Source: a virus. From it: 64,000 nucleotides of DNA. The DNA lies in the IMG/VR virus record IMGVR_UViG_3300009093_000003, positions 10,714 to 74,713 of that record; one strand, given 5' to 3'. Made by a program: the position numbers and the translations under genes. The first letter of the stretch is position 1. The number at the start of each line of letters is the position of its first letter. Below are positions 56,142 through 63,006 of the stretch, piece by piece. Below the pieces are notes generated by a model, which saw only the letters and a list, made by a program, of their open reading frames with translations, ran no database searches and was not told where the DNA came from.

Positions 56142-56438
56142 TTAAAAACTGTCTAAGTAAGCATCAACCGCTTCTTTCGGTGTAAGGCCTTTTATATAAA
56201 AAGCAATATAATCATCTTCTTCGGTCATGAGAAATGCAGATATTTCTTCTTCTCGCCGTTGAACTTTTTTAAACCACTTGATAAAATCCCAATCCTCTTT
56301 TTGATATTTTGTTAGTAAATCATAGGGATACCATTTGTTATTAACCGGAAGTCGTGACCATTGACCACCGATAAACTTGCGGAACCATTTATACTTACTA
56401 AATCTTTCTCGAAAATTATTTAAAATAAACTTTTTCAT
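56142..56438 (-). CDS. hypothetical protein
   Basis: Coupled ORF. Confidence 0.55.
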   Translation of the reverse strand: MKKFILNNFRERFSKYKWFRKFIGGQWSRLPVNNKWYPYDLLTKYQKEDWDFIKWFKKVQRREEEISAFLMTEEDDYIAFYIKGLTPKEAVDAYLDSF

Positions 56439-56704
56439 TATTTATGATCTTTTAACTGATTTTCATACAAATGTGTCACCGGCCTACCATCAACATCGTT
56501 GATGGTATAAAACCACCCATAATAATCAGGTTCCTGATATGCTGCAGTCACTACACAAGGGCAAAAAACCATTAAAGGTACAAATGACTTTGACGGGTTG
56601 ATGTCATTGAAATACACAGTTTCGCCAATGTAAAAAGGTGGCTTAATGCTTTCTTTTTTGCAAGACAATAGCGTTAATAGTAGTATGATGGGTAGCTTTT
56701 TCAT
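56438..56704 (-). CDS. lipoprotein
   Basis: MKKLPIILLLTLLS-CKKE lipobox followed by K/E residues. Confidence 0.7.
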   Translation of the reverse strand: MKKLPIILLLTLLSCKKESIKPPFYIGETVYFNDINPSKSFVPLMVFCPCVVTAAYQEPDYYGWFYTINDVDGRPVTHLYENQLKDHK

Positions 56705-57294
56705 AAGTTAAGCATAAAATTATATAGTTCTAAATTCCATTTAGCATCATCGATGGCAGAATGTTCATTTGTCTGTTTTGGATAGTCAAGTTGACTTTTT
56801 AATTTACCATCCCACTGATAGTCTTTTTCATCAAATGTTTGCTTTAAATCTCTACAGTACATAGGGAAACCAGTTGGTAAATCAATCATTCTACCAAATA
56901 ATGAACAGAAAACAACCCAATCATAGTCGGCATAGTAAGCATAAAACTCGGGGTTATTAAAGACAGGGTTGTTGTTTTTAAATTCAATTTGTCCTTTAAA
57001 ACAAAACTTACGTATATCCTCCGCTATTTGTTTGTTTGATTTATAAAGCAAGCAATTTTGCCGTAATGTTGGACTATCATAAAACGACGTAGCGCGTCGT
57101 GGTAGTTTTGAAATGACATTTGTTTTAACCCAATCATCAGCATCTTTTTCGTTGAACTCTGTGCTAATAGCGTAGTACTCACGCCCATCTTCACAAACTA
57201 TTCCAATGCTGATAAGGTCGATAAAATGTCGTCTCTTGCCAAATAAAGGTTTGTGGAAACCCTCAATAAATTCTGTATCAATAAAATATTTCAT
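56701..57294 (-). CDS. 3'-5' exo(ribo)nuclease, DEDD family (RNase AS/DUF5051-like)
   Basis: YFIDTEF, LISIGIV, YADYDWV, HSAIDDAKW. Confidence 0.88.
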   Translation of the reverse strand: MKYFIDTEFIEGFHKPLFGKRRHFIDLISIGIVCEDGREYYAISTEFNEKDADDWVKTNVISKLPRRATSFYDSPTLRQNCLLYKSNKQIAEDIRKFCFKGQIEFKNNNPVFNNPEFYAYYADYDWVVFCSLFGRMIDLPTGFPMYCRDLKQTFDEKDYQWDGKLKSQLDYPKQTNEHSAIDDAKWNLELYNFMLNL

Positions 57295-57296
57295 TT

Positions 57297-57410
57297 TCAA
57301 AATAATAGTTTAATAGTAACAGCTATAAAATCCAAAATAAACAGCAATACTATGGCGATGATGAACACCCCGAATAGTATTCGTGTCAATAAGGATATGG
57401 CTTTTCGCAT
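57297..57410 (-). CDS. 37-aa membrane peptide
   Basis: MRKAISLLTRILFGVFIIAIVLLFILDFIAVTIKLLF*. Confidence 0.5.
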   Translation of the reverse strand: MRKAISLLTRILFGVFIIAIVLLFILDFIAVTIKLLF

Positions 57411-57652
57411 CATAATTCTGCGTAAAGTTGAACAAGGTTCAAATCGCCACCTGTCATATATCGGCTGAATTTTTCAATAAATTCGTCTTCGTCTTCTTCC
57501 TTTTCAAGTAGGTTGAAAAACTTGTCCTTTGTTTCAAGCGGGATCACATACCAGTGACCGCTTTCGTCTTGTACTGCATAAACTTTTTCCATAATCTTAT
57601 TTAATTTCAAATAAATCCTTATCGTCAGGGAACAGCAACCGTAAAACCTCAT
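57410..57652 (-). CDS. hypothetical protein
   Basis: QDESGHWYVIP motif; true start probably MEKVY. Confidence 0.6.
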   Translation of the reverse strand: MRFYGCCSLTIRIYLKLNKIMEKVYAVQDESGHWYVIPLETKDKFFNLLEKEEDEDEFIEKFSRYMTGGDLNLVQLYAEL

Positions 57653-57728
57653 TCCGCTGCCTCAAATATTCTTCAAGGTCAAACTTTGGCTTTACCTGTT
57701 TAGGTGGCTCCTGATCTGTGGTCATTTC

Positions 57729-57965
57729 TTAAAAATTTCCTAAATTAGTCCAGTCAGGAACGCCATCAAGCCAAAATAAAACTCTGTCTGAATCTTGTGC
57801 AGCACAAAACCAAAGAGTATCTCCGTCTTGAACATCAGCCCATGCGATACTAATATCCCGATAACCCATTTTCGTTAAATAAATTACAGGAACTTTAATA
57901 GTTGAGCAATCATAACTATCACTTTGCTCCGGTGTCCCATCTTTAACACTAACCCATTTACTCAT
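57729..57965 (-). CDS. DUF551-like protein
   Basis: MSKWVSVKDGTP...VLFW. Confidence 0.65.
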   Translation of the reverse strand: MSKWVSVKDGTPEQSDSYDCSTIKVPVIYLTKMGYRDISIAWADVQDGDTLWFCAAQDSDRVLFWLDGVPDWTNLGNF

Positions 57966-58005
57966 AACTACTATTTTAAAACTTTTTATTGACCTGGCGG
58001 GGGTG

Positions 58006-58506
58006 TTAATGCTTTTTACTATTAACAGTCGCCTTTACCACTACGTTTTCGGGAAAAGCCTTTATCCTATTGCCATTGAAAAAATAATGCGGATTGAGCC
58101 AGTAATAATCTATTTCGACAGTAATACCTATAAACCGCTTTTTAATCAACTCTTTCAAGGCCGCCTTATAAGTGTTGATAGAACTGATCTTATTTTCGGC
58201 CATGTACCTTTCTTTATTCAAATGCAACCAATCCTTTCCGGGCTTAATTTCATAAATAAGCCACATCAGTAGGTCTTTACCACGCGGGGTAAGTTCTACC
58301 ATGTGCAACCGCCGCGCTGCATCAGCGAACACCTTGCAATACGGCGTTGCCTCATACTCAAAACTGGCCCGTTCATAAATAGCATCCTCACCTGCGTTTT
58401 TATCATGAATTTTATATTTATCAGAAGATTTTACTTCATGGATTAAAACCTCTAAACTTGTAAGAAAAGGGTTTTCTCCCAAATCTTCTCGTTCTTTTTT
58501 ACTCAT
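58006..58506 (-). CDS. RepL-family wHTH replication/regulatory protein (probably leaderless)
   Basis: ALKELIKKRFI...YWLNPHYFFNGNR; TACCTTTG (58510-58517) ends 3 nt before ATG 58506. Confidence 0.8.
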   Translation of the reverse strand: MSKKEREDLGENPFLTSLEVLIHEVKSSDKYKIHDKNAGEDAIYERASFEYEATPYCKVFADAARRLHMVELTPRGKDLLMWLIYEIKPGKDWLHLNKERYMAENKISSINTYKAALKELIKKRFIGITVEIDYYWLNPHYFFNGNRIKAFPENVVVKATVNSKKH

Positions 58507-58530
58507 AAACAAAGGTAGTCAAAAAAATGA

Positions 58531-58540
58531 TGATATATCA
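58531..58540. promoter_or_regulatory. palindrome between divergent repL and MTase promoters (operator candidate)
   Basis: TGATATATCA lies between TACCTTTG (minus) and TATTTTTG (58553-58560, plus). Confidence 0.4.
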
Positions 58541-58582
58541 AAATTTTATTTTTATTTTTGGTGAATTATTTTAATCAAAACA

Positions 58583-59665
58583 ATGTGGATAATTCCCTCC
58601 CAACTCAAAACATCCTTTCTTACTGTTCAGGAATCAGAGGAATCGAAACCGGACTTGAACGAAGTGGCCTACCAATTAAAACAGTCGCTTTTTTGGAAAT
58701 CGAAGCCTTTATCGTGGCAAATTTGGTTGCGCAAATGGAAGTCGGTTTATTGGCTCCGGCACCTATTTGGACAAATATTAAAACTTTCGATGCACGACCG
58801 TTTCGTGACCGCATACACGGAATCGTTGGTGGCTATCCGTGTCAGCCATTCAGCCACGCCGGACAACGCAAAGGCATTGACGATGAAAGACACCTTTTCC
58901 CGCATATATTGGAACAGGTTAAAACAATCAGACCGGAATGGGTTTTCTTTGAAAATGTCGCAGGGCATTTATCCATGGGATATGAAGAAGTACGCCGAAG
59001 CCTATCAGATATTGGCTACAGAGTTGAGGAAGGAATCTTTACTGCGCAGGAAGTTGGCGCGCCCCATCGACGAGAGCGGCTCTTTATTCTCGGAATTATG
59101 CAAGACGCCGGTATCGTCGGATGGGGAAGGCGGCGTTTTGCAAATCATAGACAGTTCCAACGCCAAATACAAACTTCGCGACCAGGCACCTCATTGGACA
59201 ACACCTACAGGGAATGCGAACACGGGTGCGTGGCAACCAGCGGCAGGCGGATCGCCAAACCTTCAGTATCAAGTGAAGAATTGGCTAACACCCACTGCGA
59301 TGATACAGGAACAGGATTTACAAATATTCAACATCAGGAAAGAACGGGCGCTGGCGAAGCATATCAATGGGAACGGATGCGGGGAGAACCTTGGCCACTC
59401 AATTCAGAAATGGCCAACACCTGTAGCACACGAAACGAGATTGGGATATCAGGACAGGGAGAATGGCAAGAAAGGCTCACAGGAGAGTTTAACAACCGTT
59501 GTGATAAACACCAGTTTCCCGCAGGTCAAGGAACATATCAGCACCCATGGGAAGAGCCCCGCACTATTGAATCCGGCATGGTCTATACAATTGATGGGTA
59601 CAACTTTACAGAAGACCTTCACCGCGCTATTGGTAATTCGGTTGTGGAGCAAACAGCAGAATTAG
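58583..59665 (+). CDS. overlapping alternative-frame protein: putative specificity/motif-IX subunit of the C5 MTase
   Basis: 360 stop-free codons inside the MTase gene; four (W/C)xTP...L..(Q/S/V) modules; LNPAWSIQLMG motif-IX-like end. Confidence 0.75.
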   Translation: MWIIPSQLKTSFLTVQESEESKPDLNEVAYQLKQSLFWKSKPLSWQIWLRKWKSVYWLRHLFGQILKLSMHDRFVTAYTESLVAIRVSHSATPDNAKALTMKDTFSRIYWNRLKQSDRNGFSLKMSQGIYPWDMKKYAEAYQILATELRKESLLRRKLARPIDESGSLFSELCKTPVSSDGEGGVLQIIDSSNAKYKLRDQAPHWTTPTGNANTGAWQPAAGGSPNLQYQVKNWLTPTAMIQEQDLQIFNIRKERALAKHINGNGCGENLGHSIQKWPTPVAHETRLGYQDRENGKKGSQESLTTVVINTSFPQVKEHISTHGKSPALLNPAWSIQLMGTTLQKTFTALLVIRLWSKQQN

Positions 59666-59700
59666 CTTTCATTTCTTTGATAAAAAAGCAAATTACCTAA
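58585..59700 (+). CDS. DNA (cytosine-5) methyltransferase, catalytic polypeptide lacking motif IX
   Basis: SYCSGIRG (I), FLEIE (II), GGYPCQPFS (IV), FENV (VI), HRRERLF (VIII), AIGNSVV (X); probable GTG start 58585. Confidence 0.9.
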   Translation: MDNSLPTQNILSYCSGIRGIETGLERSGLPIKTVAFLEIEAFIVANLVAQMEVGLLAPAPIWTNIKTFDARPFRDRIHGIVGGYPCQPFSHAGQRKGIDDERHLFPHILEQVKTIRPEWVFFENVAGHLSMGYEEVRRSLSDIGYRVEEGIFTAQEVGAPHRRERLFILGIMQDAGIVGWGRRRFANHRQFQRQIQTSRPGTSLDNTYRECEHGCVATSGRRIAKPSVSSEELANTHCDDTGTGFTNIQHQERTGAGEAYQWERMRGEPWPLNSEMANTCSTRNEIGISGQGEWQERLTGEFNNRCDKHQFPAGQGTYQHPWEEPRTIESGMVYTIDGYNFTEDLHRAIGNSVVEQTAELAFISLIKKQIT

Positions 59701-60530
59701 ACCAAAAAACTGATTTTTTGTCAACTAAAATATCCCCGTCAAATTTCTGCTTTCAAAGCATTATTTTGATACCCCCAAAAACAGTATTTAAACCTATAAA
59801 AACCCACTTTTTTATAATTTTTATACAAAACTTCGATTCGTCATATATAATAGTATTAACACAAATCGATAAAAAGCAATTTTTTACCTAAAACCACTCC
59901 AATCCCCCACCCCATAACCTTAACCACTAACACTCCTTTGATGGTGGTTTAACCAACACCCATTTTTAAACCATTTAACCTAACCACTAATTACCTCCCA
60001 CAATATCACCATATCATTTTTACCTATCACCATCGCTGATTTTATAATCATACTACCGTTTTTACACCAATTATAACCCCATTTACCACTAATATTTAAT
60101 ATTTTTACGCCTGCTGAAATAGCTTTATCTGTTCACTTGTTGGGGTTTACCCCACCTATCCTGGCAAAACCCCTACCCCCTAAATGGATTGAAACCTATT
60201 CAACCGGGGTACCCTAAAAAGCCAATTATAATAACTTAAAGATTAGTTCAAAATGGTTATCAATGTTAATGGCATTGATCTTTAACAACAGTTAGTGTGA
60301 TAATCATAGGTGTTAAGTAGTAATGATCTTATGCATCTATCATTACCAAAAGTAATAGTGTAACATATCCGGTATTATGTTAAGTCGATTTGATGCTTTC
60401 ATCATTACTTTTAGTTATGATGCTTTTATAGCTTAGTGTAAATTTAGGCTTGTCTAAAAATTGAAAGCGGTTTAATCTCCTACCAAACAAATAGGAAAAA
60501 GAAATAAAGCTATATCAGGCAGGAATGAGA
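59701..60530. other. 830-bp non-coding region (candidate genome terminus/packaging or origin region)
   Basis: No ORF of 60 aa or more; G-poor + strand at ~59880-60110 with ACCACTAA repeats at 59923, 59983, 60085. Confidence 0.45.
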
Positions 60531-60737
60531 TTACTTCTTAACGACGACAATAGTAAGATCAAGGGCATTGCAGATGTTTATAACCTTAGTTAAACTAATG
60601 CGTTCATTGCGTTTTGATGCTTCAATATTGGAAATGTCGGCTTTGCTTGTTTTGGCCTTTATAGCTAACTGGTTTTGAGATAGGCCGGCTTCTATCCTTG
60701 CTGGCTTAATCAGGTTAATGATTTCATCTGTCTGCAT
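60531..60737 (-). CDS. XRE-family HTH regulator divergent from the early operon
   Basis: RIEAGLSQNQLAIKAKTSKADISNIE; TACTTTTG (60744-60751) ends 6 nt before ATG 60737. Confidence 0.88.
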   Translation of the reverse strand: MQTDEIINLIKPARIEAGLSQNQLAIKAKTSKADISNIEASKRNERISLTKVINICNALDLTIVVVKK

Positions 60738-60831
60738 GGGATACAAAAGTAACAAACTATTTTTGATATATTTATATGTAATTTTATTTAGGTGATTATC
60801 AACAAGTTATAAAATAAATAACAATTAGCTA

Positions 60832-60860
60832 TTGACACGTGTTATATTTAAGTGTATAAT
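60832..60860 (+). promoter_or_regulatory. early promoter, perfect sigma70-type TTGACA-N17-TATAAT
   Basis: TTGACA 60832-60837, TATAAT 60855-60860, AT-rich upstream; TATAATTG is also one mismatch from TAnnTTTG. Confidence 0.7.
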
Positions 60861-60904
60861 TGTATTGTCTTAGCAATGCATCTAAGGCGAAAACATACCT
60901 TACT

Positions 60905-61120
60905 ATGTTATACTATAAAGTAAAGCCATCTGCTGACCAAACGCGCAAAAACGTTAACACGTCAGATATATTAATCGCAAATGAATTATACACTGCTAAA
61001 GAGATTAAAAGATTTGCATTAATAGATAGTGTTTATGTGACAAATTATTTCGACAAAATAAACCTATCATCAAAGAAAACACATTTTTCTTTCGGCGCCA
61101 GATTTGCCAATCAAAATTAA
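60905..61120 (+). CDS. early hypothetical protein
   Basis: Probable start MLYYKVK; LIANELYT.KE and FSFGARF motifs. Confidence 0.6.
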   Translation: MLYYKVKPSADQTRKNVNTSDILIANELYTAKEIKRFALIDSVYVTNYFDKINLSSKKTHFSFGARFANQN

Positions 61121-61210
61121 GCTCAACGCGGCTTAGTCTGCCAGCCTAACGACCTTATAAAGTCTTAGGCATTCGGCGGTAAGAAACATTAACATTTTAA
61201 CCCTCACGTT

Positions 61211-61495
61211 ATGAAAACAATTTGGAACGACACTAATTACGGCAATGATCTAAGATTAACCCGTGCAGATGCTGCAATGTGCAGTCATTCGGGCGCCTGT
61301 GATGATGATGTGGCTTTTTTAATAACAAAGCCCTATGTAAAAAAGCAAATCGCTTGTATAGACCCTGAACAATTAAAAAAGGAACTTAAAGAATATGGTG
61401 CATGGGATGATGAAGAATTAAGCGTGCATGAAGATAATATCCGCCGCTGGGTATGGATAAGCGCCGGAACTATCGCAGACAAACAAAGCAATTAA
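61211..61495 (+). CDS. early hypothetical protein
   Basis: CSHSGACDDDV, ELKEYGAWDDEEL, RWVWISAG look like conserved motifs. Confidence 0.7.
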   Translation: MKTIWNDTNYGNDLRLTRADAAMCSHSGACDDDVAFLITKPYVKKQIACIDPEQLKKELKEYGAWDDEELSVHEDNIRRWVWISAGTIADKQSN

Positions 61496-61528
61496 CCAAC
61501 CCAAATAATCATTTAACCTCACTAAAAA

Positions 61529-61831
61529 ATGAAAACTACAGAAGCACAAATCAGCAAATTAATTGCGCAGCTTGCAAAACTTGCGGGTATGAGCAATAAC
61601 AAAATGTCGGCTATTGAAGCAGGGCGCGAATTTTATTTAAGCTATGAAAATGCCCCCGTTTATGGCGGTTATCGCTTGATAATGATAAATGTTAAAAACG
61701 GTAGCCATTACGGTGCATTTGGCATGTCGTCAACTTGTCCCCGTCAAAAACCGGCAACCTTTTCGCTAATGCTGGAAAGCTTAATCTTAGGTCTTGAATA
61801 TGCTAAGGATCACGGAATAACAACTAATTAA
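61529..61831 (+). CDS. early hypothetical protein
   Basis: YGGYRL motif. Confidence 0.65.
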   Translation: MKTTEAQISKLIAQLAKLAGMSNNKMSAIEAGREFYLSYENAPVYGGYRLIMINVKNGSHYGAFGMSSTCPRQKPATFSLMLESLILGLEYAKDHGITTN

Positions 61832-61832
61832 A

Positions 61833-62276
61833 ATGCAAACCGGATATTTTGTGCGTGATACCCTTGTAAAGTACGAGGTATTGCAACAGCTAAGCGAAGA
61901 AAAACGGGCTAAAATAAAGGCGTTAACAGAACGATTTAATAAACTGGGTTATATAGACGCCAGAACGGAATTAGGCCCGTCACAAGCCATTAGAATGACT
62001 TCAAACCAAAGCAAATCTATGCAATCAACATTATTGCAGGTATTTGAAATCGAAAGAGAGATAAAAGAACTTTTAAAGCTTGATGTGGAGTTAGAGGCAG
62101 AAGATAAATTGAATAGGCAACAAGCCACGCAAAATAAAATAATATATCTCGAAAATAGTATAAGAACATTAAAAAATTGTTGCGCGCATAAGCTTGCTTC
62201 GCCTAAGGATAATGCAACTAAAAGAACACTGGCGGAGTACGAAAAAGAATTTATTAGTTTAACAACGACCTTGTGA
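61833..62276 (+). CDS. early coiled-coil protein
   Basis: 147-aa ORF. Confidence 0.6.
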   Translation: MQTGYFVRDTLVKYEVLQQLSEEKRAKIKALTERFNKLGYIDARTELGPSQAIRMTSNQSKSMQSTLLQVFEIEREIKELLKLDVELEAEDKLNRQQATQNKIIYLENSIRTLKNCCAHKLASPKDNATKRTLAEYEKEFISLTTTL

Positions 62277-62392
62277 CCAGGCGGTGAGGCGCTGACCTCA
62301 CGAGCTTAGCCCGACACTTGCCTTAATTGGTAGGTTCGGGCTTTAAGGGTGGGTAAACATGGTGTTTGCCTTATTAACCTCACTTAATAATT

Positions 62393-62626
62393 ATGACACA
62401 CAGACAATCAGAACTTAGAAGCCTTGTAGCCTATGAATTGGGCGCAAGAGGCGAAGTGTACAACCCTACTGTTATCTTTGATACAGTCAGGCAATTGTAT
62501 AGCTATTACAGCAGTAAACAACTCACAGAAATGATATTAGGCGAGGGCGACAATGTGAGTATGAGCGAAGCGATACAGTGCATTTTAAGCGAAACCTATT
62601 CAGAGGCAGCAATGACAAATCATTAA
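62393..62626 (+). CDS. early hypothetical protein
   Basis: 77-aa ORF. Confidence 0.6.
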   Translation: MTHRQSELRSLVAYELGARGEVYNPTVIFDTVRQLYSYYSSKQLTEMILGEGDNVSMSEAIQCILSETYSEAAMTNH

Positions 62627-62648
62627 GATATGAACACCGAAAAAATAA

Positions 62649-62774
62649 CAAAAGATCAAATTAGGCCCATCGGCTGACAGGGCAGAAAAGAGGTCAAAAA
62701 CTTACCCCGGTATAGCTAAAGCCATTGCAAGCCAATGGGGCAATTACATTTTAAACAACATCAACAACCAATAA
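62649..62774 (+). pseudogene. C-terminal remnant of a phage cytosine-methyltransferase-like gene
   Basis: Start-less frame KLGPSADRAEKRSKTYPGIAKAIASQWG...*, preceded by in-frame TAA at 62646. Confidence 0.65.
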
Positions 62775-63006
62775 CAGGAATCAAAAATCAACATTATGAA
62801 CCAAATCATCAACAAGCCCCGTCCGCGGAGCATTAACGTAGTCAGAAAATGAACATTATCACATTAGTGGGGCTTACCGCACAAGGTGGGGTAATAGCCT
62901 GGATGCTATTTATCAGCATTAAAAACCGAAAGACAATATTTTAAAACCCCATCGCCTGCAACTGAAATAAATTGCGGGCTTTGGCGGTAAAAAACGTTAA
63001 GAAATC

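Noticed and set aside
61511-61527. T3 RNA polymerase promoter (ATTAACCCTCACTAAA-like)
   Set aside because: Partial match, no GGG start, no single-subunit RNAP in the window; reported only as a repeated pre-start box
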